Shown here piece by piece: positions 12,130-25,170 of a DNA stretch of 64,000 bases (position 1 is its first letter; each line of letters begins with the position of its first letter). Under the pieces are notes generated by a model. It saw only the letters and a program-made list of their open reading frames with translations, did not search any database and was not told the origin of the DNA. The position numbers and the translations under genes are program-made. The stretch comes from Stegostoma tigrinum. Lineage: Eukaryota. The stretch lies in NCBI RefSeq assembly GCF_030684315.1, contig NC_081374.1, positions 38,104,630 to 38,168,629 on the forward strand, in the 5' to 3' direction.

Positions 12130-14121
12130 GCAAGTTTTCCCACACAAAAGGGACACATTAGCTTGAGATTTTGAATGTTTAAGGATCCAACCTGTCATTC
12201 CACACAATACACGTAAAACAGTTGAAATCCCTTAAAAAGTCTTAAGGGCTATACGATGTACCTCCCTGTTTTATGTCAACCTTGAATTCGTTTTTCCATT
12301 ATAAATTTCATCTAACAATAGTTGCAAATGTAAACTCACTGCTCTCTCAAAGACATACAATATCCATTCATTCTGTTACCAACCACTCCTGCTCCAAACT
12401 TGAAGCAAATGGCACAGGGAAAACTAACAAAACAGTACCTCAAGAAAAGGTCAATTTGTAGGTTTCAAAAAAGTTCAGGTCCAAGCCAGGGAACTAGTGC
12501 ATCTATTTTTAACTGCCAACACACTAATTTAAAGAAAAATGAATATTGCTGGCTAATCCTATAAAATTTCTTAACAGCAGGCGAGCAGCGGCATTGCTGT
12601 GTACATTACTGTGAAAGTGTCTCAGCTGGAGGTGGCAACATAGATCCAAAACATGTCCTGGGATGAAGAAAACAGATTATAAGTTAAAATGCATCCCTTC
12701 CTACTTTGTTGTCAGTACAATAATATTTCTTGAAAGTGTGATAACAGAGCTAAACTAGCTGAGTCTGGAAACAGGAAATTCAGGGTGATTACATTACCTC
12801 GGCCTACATCTTAGTATTTAGAAAGGGTGACTGTTCCAACATGCTAAACACAAACTCTTATTATAATGGTTAATATGTATTTTTGTTGATGATGATAATT
12901 CCAACCATGAGAATTCAATGGGGTATTGCTCAATTAGGCCAGATGTTTCTATTCTTGGCTAAATATTAAAGGTTGACTTTGAAGTCAGGCCAATTTGATC
13001 AAATCGTAGATAACAAGTGTGTTTAGCTAATATACTAGTGCCAGTTTTTCTTTACTGAAATTTATGCAGACATATGGCATTAAACAATGTTATATATGGG
13101 AGATGAAGTTTGAAGGGCAGGTAGCCATGTGGTACAAAGTTCACATTCATTCAGCCTCTCCAAAAGAAACTGAAGGAGCACACAAGTAGAAAACTTCAAA
13201 TGAATTCAGGACACAAGAGGGCAGTAGCTTCACATCTCTTATTCACGCAGTGTGCAAGTCCATTTTGTTTGGTGGAAATCAAATCCTCAATTAAGATGCT
13301 CTAACAGACAGTGAGCACAAGAATGGATGTATACACTAATTCTTACCCAGGTCCCCCTTAAGAAGCTTCCAAAAACAAAACCCAAACTTAATTCTCCGAC
13401 ATTTTCAGCTCAAAACACCGTAGGCTGCAAAATTGAACACCATCTGAAACACATTTTGCGTCTAGTTACAAAGTAAGTAACCAGCATAGGTTTACTGTAA
13501 TTCTCTTTAAAGGCTTTCCAGATCAACAATCTGTACAGGTTCTGAAGTGTTTTGCCAGAGCAACTGCATCCATTAAACAGTTGTACATGGTTTGACGAAA
13601 CCACATTAAAAACTTACTTCCAGGATACTCCAGGCCCACCTTGATAAAACTGCTGCATTTTTAGAATAGCTTGTTAAACCTAAGACAAGCACAAAGAGGT
13701 CTATAACGCTGTTTAGACATAACAGATGACATTGCTGAGTACTCCAATATTTATAATTAATTAATCATAGTTACTGTCAATTAATTTTGCTTCACAAAAC
13801 CAAACAAAACCCATTAGACCTGTCAAATTATGTATGGCCACATTCAAGGAGACTATGACTATTTTTCTGTCTGAGAACAAAAAAAAAATCATTGTCTAGT
13901 GTCCATGATAATGCAACAGGAAAAACAAACAAAATATCTTATGGCTTGGAGGGAATCTGGAAGAAAAAGGCAACGATAATTCCACCAACAATAATCAAAT
14001 CAAACTTATCAAGGTGAAAACCAACTCTGGAGTTACTGCAATGAGAAAAGCCACACCACTTAGTTCAGTTATAACTTGCAAAGTTAATTTAATCAAGCTG
14101 CTAGATCTCATCTGCACTTAC

Positions 14122-14292
14122 CCCTTCAGTGTCTGGAGCCATTCTCTTCCGCTGCTTGGCTGAATTCTCCATGGCCTCACTGAGTGACTGGGCATATTCA
14201 ATCATTGCTTTCAGCTGGGAGTCAGTCAGCACCCATAGCAAATCATCCAAAAGGAACATTAGCTTTGAGCCCACCACATTGCAATCTTTCAC
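14122..14292 (-). CDS. BLTP3A: BLTP3A coding exon 7 (VKDCNVVGSKLMFLLDDLLWVLTDSQLKAM...APDTEG, 171 nt)
   Basis: tag|GTG...GGG|gtaagt, inside ORF 14101..14292; carries the conserved DDLLWVLTDSQLKAM motif. Confidence 0.95.
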
Positions 14293-15559
14293 CTAAGTGT
14301 AAAGCAAAAAGGGTTAATGTTGATTGTTTAAAACCAGTTGGGAATTCTTTTAATTTGAATTCACCAAAATAATTTCTTAAAAGCAATTTTAAAAATAGAA
14401 CTATAATGTTCGTGAGAACATTGGTGGACATCCACCCTTTACCAAGGGATTCCCCTTGCAAAATTCACCATGCAAACAATGCTACATTACTGGACTACTG
14501 CACACATTCTAGCGTCCACACATTTGCATTAAGTTTTATTCAACCAATGTCTTTGTGGTGTTCAATTACACTGGCTCGCAGACCCAAGATGCTGCCATTT
14601 TAAGATTCTCATCTTTGTTTTTAAAATTACACAGCCTTGCCACTTGCTACCTCTCATCTGTTACCTCATTCCATCCTCAGAACTTCTGCATACCTCCAAT
14701 TCTGACCATTTGAATATTCCCAGTTTTAAATCACTTTATAATCACTTAACTACCTTGGCTGCAAGACATTGAATTCCATTCCTAAAATTCTCTAACTCAA
14801 GATCCTACAAATTTCTTAGATATCCTGATACCTTCTCATGTCACACTATGTTGAGTTTTCAAGAACCCTTCTGTAAACAACTTAGTAAAAAACAGTCCAA
14901 TGTTAAAGCATTTGGCTGTGTAAAAGACAAATTGATTTTACTAATACATTACAACAAGTGCACACAAGCCAAATATAAAGATGTGAAAATAGGAACTCTT
15001 TTTACTCCATTACTATCCATTAACATGTTTGGTTGCCAGTAACTGAATTTATACAGTTAAAATGACAAGCCAGTGGGAGTCAACCTTACAGAAATTTTAA
15101 TGCATTTATATTACAATGAACTCTGTCTGACGAGATACATGTACCATGAAGGATGCAGCCAAAATGCAACAGACTATGTACAGAACATTGGACTGGACTG
15201 CTCATAAATGATGTTGCCATAAATAGAGGAGTAACTGAAGTGCAAGATAGCACAGAGCAAATCTTGTATAAAGATTACAAAACTGAGCAGCCTAGCTGAC
15301 AAACTGTAAATTCCAGAAATTAAGGGAAAATATGCCTTTCAAATTTAATTGGTAAAAAGTTATAATTCTTTGCACATGCTGCATTATTACCAGTTGAAAT
15401 CGTACACAAGTACAAAGTGTCCAAACAGGTTTACTGAAGGCAGTGAAATAGCCAGAGTCATATGTTTGATCCATATTAATAACTTGGGTGAAGGGACTGG
15501 ACTGCACTAAGTTTTCTGACATTACAAACATATAGAAAAGCAACTGGTGATGAGGCAGC

Positions 15560-16345
15560 AAAAGTTCTGCAGATGGAGTATAATATGGGAAACAGTGAAA
15601 TTTTCCACTTTGACAACACGAATAGAAAAGCAGACTATCATCCAAATGAAGGGAGACTACAGAATGCTACGGTCCAGAGAGGGTGCTTGGTATAGTTGTA
15701 TGTTAATGTGATTTCTGTATAGACATAGCAAATAATTAGGAAATCAAACAGGATGTTAGCCTTAAAGGGCACGGCCTGTAAAAGTAAGGAAGTTGTGTTA
15801 CAACAACTGTACAGGGCCATTAGAGTGCACTGCGTACAGTTTTGCTCGGCTTAAAAAAAATGGACACAACTATATTCCAAACCAACTAGAAAAGATTCAC
15901 CCAGCTGAAGTTTGGCACAAAGGGTCATTTGTAAGACAGAACATTTAGAAAGTGGCAGCTACGTTCACTGGCGTTTAGAAGAACAAGAGGTGATTTTTTT
16001 GGAGTTCAGAGTTTGAGAGGACTTAACAGGGTTGATGCTCAGAATATGTTCCTCTTCATGGGAGAATCAATTTAAAACAAAATGGAGCACAGCTCCAAAT
16101 TAGCAGGAATCCATTTAGCATGGAGACAACAAGAATTTATTCTCTCAATGTCATTAGCTTCAATGACTTTTCTTCCTGGGGGAGCAGACAAAAGTAGATT
16201 ATTGAAGATATTCTCAACTGAATATATTTGATTTACAAGAGTTTTAAAGAGTTACGGAGATGGACAGCAAAATCTACTTAACACCTCAATCAGATCTCCC
16301 ATGATCTTCTTGAGTGGCTGAGTTGCAGTATGCCAAATGACCTAA
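15560..16345 (+). mobile_element. CR1/HER1 LINE 3' relic
   Basis: Degenerate RT C-terminal motifs (gagtgcactgcgtacagttttg; tttagaagaacaagaggtgat) and a CR1-type 3' end. Confidence 0.65.
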
Positions 16346-16574
16346 TCCTTTTTGTTTAAATTCATATGTTCACACAATATGCATCTCTTCTAGCTGCATG
16401 CAATCAAAACTTGGAAACCAAAGTGGCCAAATGCAAACACACCTCCTTTCTGTAATATTTAATCTTACTTCTGTTTAGTCGAATACCTGTATTGTTAACT
16501 TCTGACTAATATATATATATATATATAAAAATGGCATAAGCAAAAATGTACGAAGCTTCTTGAACAGTACATAC

Positions 16575-16712
16575 CCTTCTCTTGAGTACAAGCTTGATTT
16601 TTGACTGGTTGGTAATTAGTCTAAGTGGTGTACTGATAATGCTCTGATCGCCTGGGATTGCATCAGCCTCAATACGGAGTGTCTGCCAATTTATTTCCTT
16701 AAAAGTCAAAAC
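16575..16712 (-). CDS. BLTP3A: BLTP3A coding exon 6 (VLTFKEINWQTLRIEADA...LRLITNQSKIKLVLKRR, 138 nt)
   Basis: cag|GTT...AGG|gtatgt, overlapping ORF 16506..16709. Confidence 0.95.
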
Positions 16713-17408
16713 CTGTTACAAAAAAAAATTCTAATTACAGGCCTCAAACTGAAAACAAAAAAAAAGCAAATTCCTGAACTAACTGCCATTTCTTGGTTTT
16801 CATATTCATGAACAATGAAACAGCACAGGAATTTGCTCACCAAAACTTGGACATGTATTAACATGGCAGGGAAAACAGAATTACATTAACCAAAGCTCTC
16901 ATTATACGTGGCTATGACATCAAAAGTGTTTTGCACTGTAACAGGGACTACATCTTGTAAAATGTTATTTTGTAGCTTTCTCCTTTGCCAGTGCCCAACA
17001 ACTAGGCTTCATCCAGTCGGAGCCAGGGGTTAATATTGCACGCATAACTTTAGTTTTCAATCTCCACGCTTCAAACTAAATTAATAAAGCAGATCTTAAC
17101 GTAGGGCAACCAAATGAATGCTTTGGAAGTTGCTTTTTGGAATTGCTTGGCAGTTGGGCAGCTTACGGTTGCAACTGCAGAATGAAAAAGTCTGTAACTT
17201 GGAGCCTCCAAATTATACTGATTTCCAAATGTTTGAATGCAGTCTCTCCAAAAGATTTGGACATTTCAGAGAAACGTCCTGATCAATTTACTCTCACAAT
17301 ATTGAGTTTCAACACTTTCACGATTACTGAAACTGCGAATTTGTTTGAATGTAACAAAGAACAGGATTATTTGCAAATTATTGTGGAACTAATTTAGCTC
17401 AGGATTAT

Positions 17409-17628
17409 GAGATAACAAGGTGTAGAGGTGGATGAACACAGCAGGCCAAGCAGCATCATAGGAGCAGCAAGGCTGACGTTTCGGGCCTAGACCCTCCTGA
17501 CTTCCGGAGGAGGGTCTAGGCCCGAAACATCAGCCTTCCTGCTCCTCGGATGCTGCTTGGCCTGCTGTGCGCATCCAGCTCGACACCTTGTTACCTCAGA
17601 TTCTCCAGCATCTGCAGTTCCTGCAATC
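17409..17628. mobile_element. Palindromic PLE-derived short repeat (family C), 90-bp arms
   Basis: 17409-17498 versus 17508-17597 is an inverted repeat with 9 mismatches in 90. The right arm is the same sequence as the 3' terminus of the PLE at 39197-39779. Confidence 0.88.
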
Positions 17629-18139
17629 CCTAGCTCGGGATTATGTTTGGCATGGACTGGTTGGACTGAGGAGTCTGTTTCTGTGCTGTATGACTCTGAC
17701 TGTACAAGATCGCAACCAGTTTGCAGAGAATCCCCAAATCTCAATTTACTTAGCCACAGCACAAGGAAACCTGTGTTTCTTTAACCTAAAAATAACCCTA
17801 TCCAAAAACCAACACCCATACTGCTGGCTCCTTGCCCTAGCTAATGGTTCGCTGTTTCGTATGAATGTCTGACGGGTCCATTTTAAAAACAAATTAGACC
17901 CATGTTCAGCAGTACCACAACAGGGTAATTTCTTACATTTATTTATACTATTTTGTTAAAAAAGCAATGTTCATGCAATTAGAATAAGTAATGAGTCTTA
18001 CCATTGCAAGGTGGTGCAACTTATTTTCATTCTACAAATTAAAACAAAAAACTTGCCCTGAAATGCCATGCCAGAAAATATATTAATCTAAACATGCCAA
18101 GCTCGAACACTATATTCGGTTATCTTTCAAAAAATTTTA

Positions 18140-18622
18140 ATAGAGTCATACAGCACTGAAACAGACCACTCAGTCCAACTAGTCCATGCTGACCAAGTTT
18201 CCCCAAACCAAACTAGTCCCACTTGCCTGCGTTTCGCCCATCTCCCTCTAAACATTTTGTATCCATTTACTTGTCCAAATGTCTTTTAATGTTGCAGCTG
18301 TATCAGCATCTACCACATCCTCTGGCAGTTCATTCCACTTATAAGCCACCATGAGAGAATAAGTTGCTCCTGAGGTCCTTTCTCAAGCCTTCTTCTGTCA
18401 CCTTTAAAATATGCTGCCTAGTTTTCAACTCACTCACCCCATGGAAAAAGACCCTTGCTATTCACTTTGTCTGTGATCCTCTTGATTTTGTAAACCTCTA
18501 CAAAAGGTCACCTCTCAATCTCCCATACTCGAGTGAGCAAAGTCCAAACTTATCCAGCCTCTCCTTATATTTCAAATCCTCCAGTCCCAGCAACATCCTG
18601 GTAAATCTTTTCTGAACACTCT
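18140..18622 (-). mobile_element. CR1/HER1 LINE 3' fragment
   Basis: Reverse complement of the CR1 3' tail (atagagtcatacagcac...) and of the RT C-terminus (...RFTRMLLGLE). Confidence 0.75.
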
Positions 18623-19656
18623 CGTTTCATGCTTCAGAGTCTTACAAAGCAGACTGCAATTTGTTTAGTTCATGAGCTTTCTTGGCTCCAAAAATCCTAA
18701 AGTCAACAATATTACCTAAAACTGGATTTCCCAAATCTGTAAAAGTTTTTGGTCTACTTAAAATTGAAAATAGATTAGTTACTAAATGCATGGTTTATAA
18801 TAAACTCACACCATTTGAAAGGAAAACATTTAAAGCCTAACATGAATATTATTGAGCTTATGAATAGACAAGCTGCAGATTATGTTTGCTGGGGTCAATT
18901 TTGATTCAGCTTTGCAATTATAACTGAGACCCAGCATGGATGATACGGAGATCAATTGTGTCAATAGGATTGTTGAGAAGTTAATTATTTCACAGTAACA
19001 CCAGCATCAAAAGGACAAAAGATTGACAATTTTTGTGCTTTTCTAGAACAGTTGCCTTTGCCCTACAAGTCTAATTCAGCACCCCTCCATGATAACCAAA
19101 AGGAATACATCAAGTAATTCTGTATCATGTCAATTGTACAATGGTCACACATTTGGAAGCTTACTTATCTCCACTAAATTCTATATTTGAGTACCAATAT
19201 TACAACTTTCATTCTTGGTTACATGACCACATGACCAATTATAAATAATTTGGTTCGGAAACCAAAAATGCTCAGCTAAGCAGGGCTCATGTAGAACCAC
19301 TTGTTAACAAAATGACATTTGCACATTTCCAGACTGCTAGACCTTCATGCAAGTGTTTTTATTTAAAAGACGGAAAATCAAAATGTCATTCATTTGGCAA
19401 ATACAACACATTAGCTCAACTTGCTCCCATTTTTAATCGCTACAGAAAACATTGCTATTGTAGGAAGCAAGGTTCTACTGGACCACTGTAGTGTTTAATT
19501 ACTGGACTTGCTTAGGTGATGAGTATAAATTTTGTCCACTTATAGTAGTTAGTTTATTTTTAGGAGATCACACTGCTTTGAAGTCAGTGAAAGCCATTGC
19601 AGTGATTTGATAAAAATAAGTGAAGAGCTGAAAAAAAAAAGGAAATACGATATTAC

Positions 19657-19846
19657 CTCCCCTCGCTCTGGATCTGTAATTCTTGTGAATCGGAGATCAC
19701 TCTGTTGCCATTTGGGATTCACACTATAGCCTTGGAGTTGCCATAGTTCAAATGAAGTATTGAAAGCTTTTGCTTCAATTTTAACTACAATGGAGTTCAC
19801 CACAATAGACATTCCTTCCACCACCTTTTCTGCAAAGCCATATTCA
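19657..19846 (-). CDS. BLTP3A: BLTP3A coding exon 5 (EYGFAEKVVEGMSIVVNS...FELWQLQGYSVNPKWQQSDLRFTRITDPERGE, 190 nt)
   Basis: tag|T GAA TAT ... GAG|gtaata, inside ORF 19549..19878. ELWQLQGYSVNP is diagnostic of 3A. Confidence 0.96.
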
Positions 19847-20574
19847 CTAGGAAATGATGATAAATAGGTTAACATCATGTGACTGAATGCTGTAGCTTAA
19901 ATCATTTCAGGAACTTAGATTTCATAAACACGTACGAAAATTTGAAAACATTGATATGCATCATAGCATGAATGCAAAGACACAACTTTACACTTACAGG
20001 TGTGAAAAACAATGTGAAGGTATATGAAGGTGCTGCTTATACAATTAATCTTATCAATGTCTTGCTGAAGATCACTTTGCTTGCCTTTTTAAATAAAAGG
20101 CAGTACAAGCAAAACTTTTTTGAAAGAAAGATGCATTAATGTTTTATTGTTAAGATGGTAAAAGAGATGCTGAAGAATTATCTTGAAAAAAAAAGTCTTG
20201 AGTTGAAACAGGAGCTATAATTTTTATCTTTGCAGATGTTACCAGGCACATTTAGTATTTCCAGCACAATTTTAAATCTGTTCATGGCCTCACATGATGC
20301 TAAACTGGACAGCTGAAGTGAGATTCTCTCACTGTCAAGATGGGCTTAACTGTGCATGTGTGGCAGAATTGGGCAATATCAATTGCCATAGCACACGTTG
20401 CCGGAACACCTACAAGAGTCTGCCCATTGTTCCGATTTAGATACAATAACTTAGCAACTGTTTAGATGTCCATCAAAATAATTTTTGTGATGTGTTATTT
20501 CTCAGAGAAAGAAGGAATAATCACTTCAGTATGAAGAAAACCACCACTGGTCAACAAATAACCAGCCAAAATAA

Positions 20575-21490
20575 TCAGACATTCCAGCTCCTGGCACATA
20601 GCCTTGTAACTTTGGCATGAACTCATGCCACGTGCCTAAGTACTTTATAAGTGCAAAGTGCTTTGTCCTCAGTTACCCTTTCAGGCAGTGAGCTGAACAG
20701 AACAATTTCTCCTCTAAATTTTCATACCTCACCTAAATCTATGCCTTCAGGGTATGGACCTCAGCCACTTCAATGAAATCCTCCATTACTTTATATACTT
20801 CAGGATAAGTCTCTTCTTAGCTTCTTCTGTTCCCAAGATAATGGATCTAATCTCACCTCATAACAAAAACTCTCAAGTCCAGACAACATCCTTGAAAAAT
20901 CTTCTCCAGAACTCACTGCATGCTGTACTCCAAATGTGACCAAACCAAGTGTTTTTTTTTTTAAAATTGCAACAGAACCACTCAATTCTTCTTCACTCCA
21001 GTTTATCAAGCAGATTACTTGCAATGCCTTAACCACGTTGTCTGTTACCTTCACATATTTTGTAGTGCATGCCTTCAGATGTGTCCTTCTGCAATTCTCA
21101 GGTGCCTATTATTTATATACTATTCCTCATCTTGTTCGAGTTACCCAATTTTCTTATTTCTCACAGCACTGGATTGAACACTATTTTACCGCTGACCCAA
21201 GTCCATTCATAACTTCCTGCAACTACAGCTTTATTCATTAACAATCATGTTTCCTGCATCATTTGCATGCTTCTTCATCATACCCCTTACATTCAAATTC
21301 AAACCACTGACAGTACCATAAACAAAAGGGACCAAGTACTGAGCCCTTTAGAATTTCATCAAAAACAATCTTCCAGTTGCAAGGCCACCCATTGATCATC
21401 AGGCTTGCTTCCTTGAAGCCAATTTGTTAATTGGCTTTGGAATCAACAGGTTTTTCGTTCTGTGACCAGTCTGTCACATTGAAGCTTATC
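20575..21490 (-). mobile_element. Degenerate CR1 LINE fragment
   Basis: Reverse complement of RT motifs (GSVLGP-like; FSRMLSGLESFCYEVRL in ORF 20800..21054). Confidence 0.6.
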
Positions 21491-23989
21491 AAATATATTG
21501 ATGAAATCCAAACAGATGACATCACACGTATGATCAAAAACACATGGCTGAAAATTTTGAAAAACATCATGACACAAGCTAGAATAATCCAAGTATGCAC
21601 ATGTCCAGAGGTAAAACCAAAATCAACATTTCAAAAAAAATAAAGGTGAAATTCACACAATGTAAAAAGCCTTGGGAGTCAAAGGTGGGAAAAACCATTT
21701 GACAAATAAAAGTAAGCAAAACCAAAAAGTAGCCAAAGTTAAATTAACTCATTAGAAAGATTTTGGGACTAGCTTTAACTCAACACAACAAATCAAACAC
21801 AATTATGAGGTAAACTGCAGTAGCCAATCCAAAATTTACTAATCTGGATTAGTTATAAGACCTGTTCCAGGTACAAATATGTTTTTACAAACTGAAGTAC
21901 AAGTGAAGTAATATTTAATAAACACAGTAGTTTTTCTAGTTGATGCACTGTGGGACAAGCCAGACAATGCTGGTTGACTGGGCACATTTCTGTCAACTGA
22001 AATTCTTGTCTTTGGTCTTGCTTTCTTGTACACCAGGCCATGAAGCAACACTTGTTAACCCTTACATGATTCCCATACACAGTCAAAGGCATCCTCAACT
22101 TTCATTGGTTTGCTGACGCGTGAACAGCATGTGATCAATCTCAGATTGGCTAAACAGCTGATGCCCAATTTCTAACAGCTTTCCTTACAAGCAACGGTCA
22201 TCTTCCTACCATCACCATCTCCTGTTTCCTGTTCATTCCTGGATGTGCCAAACAGAGATTATTCCTTTTATAATAGCTTGCCTGTATCAGCTTTTTACAT
22301 CTTGACTAATAACACAGCACCAATAAATCCAAGTGTATTTGCTGAGGAATAGACAATGACAACTCCCAGTGATTTAATCTAGTTTCAAAATGTCCCAAAT
22401 GATAGATCTGAATAACATATAATATGCTTTAATTAAACAAGCCATTTGTTAATGCAAGACTTCACCATGCCTCTGAAGTCCAAGACAAGTCAACTATACA
22501 TAAGAAGACTAGCTGATCCAAAAATCTATGCAGTCTCCATAAAACAAAGTGTTTTAAAACTAAGATACACATTGAATGTGTCATATCGTATTTTCTTTCA
22601 ATATATCTAGAAAAGGTCAAAACAAACAAACAAAACCAAATCACAGAACTCAATCCCAAAAGCAATAAGTATATGTATATACATACATGTGTAGATACAT
22701 CCATACTTTTGTTACATAGTTTAAAGCTACAATCCAAACAACTTGAAAACATAACCATGATCGTACAAAAAGCTTTTTGCCTCAGAGCAATCCCACATTT
22801 GTCAGCCTAAGTTTACATTAGCTTCAGCCACAAAAACTACCTAAAGCTATAAACCTCTGACATTACTTTTCTTACTCTTGCTTTTACCTGCTGGGCCATG
22901 TGGTAAGTCTTTCTTACAGAAAGAAAAAGGTTCAACCAAGCATGATTAAACAAAAAAAAGTTAAATCTGCCCTCGTTTAATCCAATTAAAATTATAAACT
23001 GTTGAAGAACAATTCAAACTGACATCTGTACATTGAATGAATTTCAGAAATGACCGACTACAGCGTGCCTAAGCAAGCTGCTGAATACTTCATGACTAAT
23101 TAATTACTTTTGTAGGGTCGGAACACATCATCCGAGTCAGGATGATTGCTAATGTATTCAGACCAAGACTCTGCAAATTAAAAACAGGTCAGTCTGGTTT
23201 TGGAGGAGTTGATTGAGGATGAAACATTATGAGAAAATGCACTGTTTAAAATAGTGTACTGGGATCTACGTGTAACCAAACAGATACACACTGGTATGAA
23301 ATAGCATATCTCTGAAACACGCTCAACAAATTCTGCACTAGGTTCAAATCATTAAGCACTCAAATCCAAAATGTGGAATTTGTTTTAACAACCACCATTG
23401 CTCAGTAGGAAGCACATACTGGGGTTCAAGTGTCACAGTGGGGTTGGAGCACAAAAATCCACGCCATCTCTCCATGCTGAACTCACGGCCCTATCTGGTC
23501 TGGGAAACGATCACCCAGAATCAAGATAAACTGCAGCAAATAGCAAGCAGGTCTGGTAGCATCTTTGGAGACTGAAACATTAAGTGTCACGTCAAATAGA
23601 TCTCTTTCAAAACTTCCAGTTAACAGTTGCAGTCTTGCCAAATTGAGACCTCTATAAACATAAAAAGCAACATATTAGGCAGTCAGTCATTCTCACGTTG
23701 TTGTTGCAGGAATTTGCTGAACCCATATTTCAGTCATTATACTTCATTGGTTGTTAGGATTTTGAAGGGTCCAGTGGTCATGAATAGTGATGCATAAATG
23801 CAGGAGTTTTCTTAAAATCCAGAATCCCTAATTTAAGTGGTTCTTATTTTAAATAAAGTCAAAAAGCATTCAGACTGCAGTCTTTGTGAAATATGCCCTA
23901 AAGTTGCACAAAAAAAATTACTTGCGTCAGAATGTAACTACCATAACTTCAGTTGCTTCAAAATTAACAATAGTTCCATTAGGTAGAGA

Positions 23990-25170
23990 AAATGGTTAAG
24001 GCAACATTGGGATATTTGCCTTTATTAGCTGAGGTACAGAGTTTAAAAGCAGGGGGGGTTACGCTGGAACTGCATTTAAAAAATGGTTTGACCGCTGCTA
24101 GATGACGATCAGGTGCATTTCTGGAACCTACATTTTCAGAGGGATGTGATTGCATGGGAGAGGGTGCAGAAGTGATAAATCAGGATGTTGCCCCAGCTGG
24201 AGAATTTTAGTTATTGAGAGATTGGATAGACTGGGATGGTGGAGCGAAGAGACTGAGGGGGGAGGACATGACACAAGTATAAAATTATGAGGGACACAAA
24301 TAGGGTACACTAAAGGATCTTTTCCCCTTGGTGGAGGGCTCAGTAACAAGGGGGCATAGATTTAAGGTTTTAATGACCGGAAGTTCAGAGGTGTGAGGAA
24401 ATTTATTATCCCACCCAGCGGGTGATAGGAATCTGGAACTCAGTGGGCAGGGGCAGTAGAGGCAGAAATATTCATAACGTTTGGGAAATATTTAACTCTG
24501 TTTGCAATGACAAGGTATACAAGACTATGTTCCAAAATGGGAGGAGAGTTAGGTACTTATCATCGATCAGCACAGATTTGATCGGCTGAAGGGCCTTATT
24601 CTGTGCCTATAGACCTTTGTGGTTCTGAAGATTCTGGAGTACAGAGAGCAGTATGGTCCTCTTATTTAGGGAAAGATGTTATTTCATTGGAGGCAGTTCA
24701 GAGAAGGTTCCCTTGGATGATCCCTGGTATGGAGGGATTGTTTTATGTGCAAAAGCTAAACAGGTTGGGATTCTACTCACTGGAATTTAGAAGAATGAGA
24801 GACGATTTCATTGAAGCAGATAGGTTTCTTGATGGGCTTAACAGGGCAAATTCTGAGAGTATTTTTCCCCTCATGGAGACTTAAGGATAAAGTCTCAGAA
24901 TTAAAACGGGTGCCAATTTAAGACTGAGATGAGGAGGGTTTCTTCTTTTTCTCAGAGGGTCTTTGAACTTCTTGCCACAAAGACATGAGGGAACAAAATT
25001 CTTGTGTATATTTATGGCTGAGGTAGATGGATTCTTGATCAGAAGAGGAAATCAAGAGTTACAGAGAAAGGGTAGGAGAGCAAATGTGAGAAATGTTGCA
25101 TCACCCATGATCTCAATCAATGATACAGGGGGTTCAAGGTGGTGAATGGCCTACAACTGTTCCTATTTCC
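23990..25170 (+). mobile_element. Two tandem CR1/HER1 LINE 3' fragments
   Basis: ORF 24603..24884 contains WSSYLGKDVISLEAVQRRFPWMIPGMEGL..LGFYSLEFRRMRDD, the CR1 ORF2 C-terminus. A second copy occupies 23990-24610. Confidence 0.8.

Noticed and set aside
17409-17597. Bona fide miRNA precursor or DNA-transposon MITE
   Set aside because: The arms are copies of a dispersed PLE terminus with a one-sided extension and no evident TSD. There is no miRNA evidence in the sequence alone.
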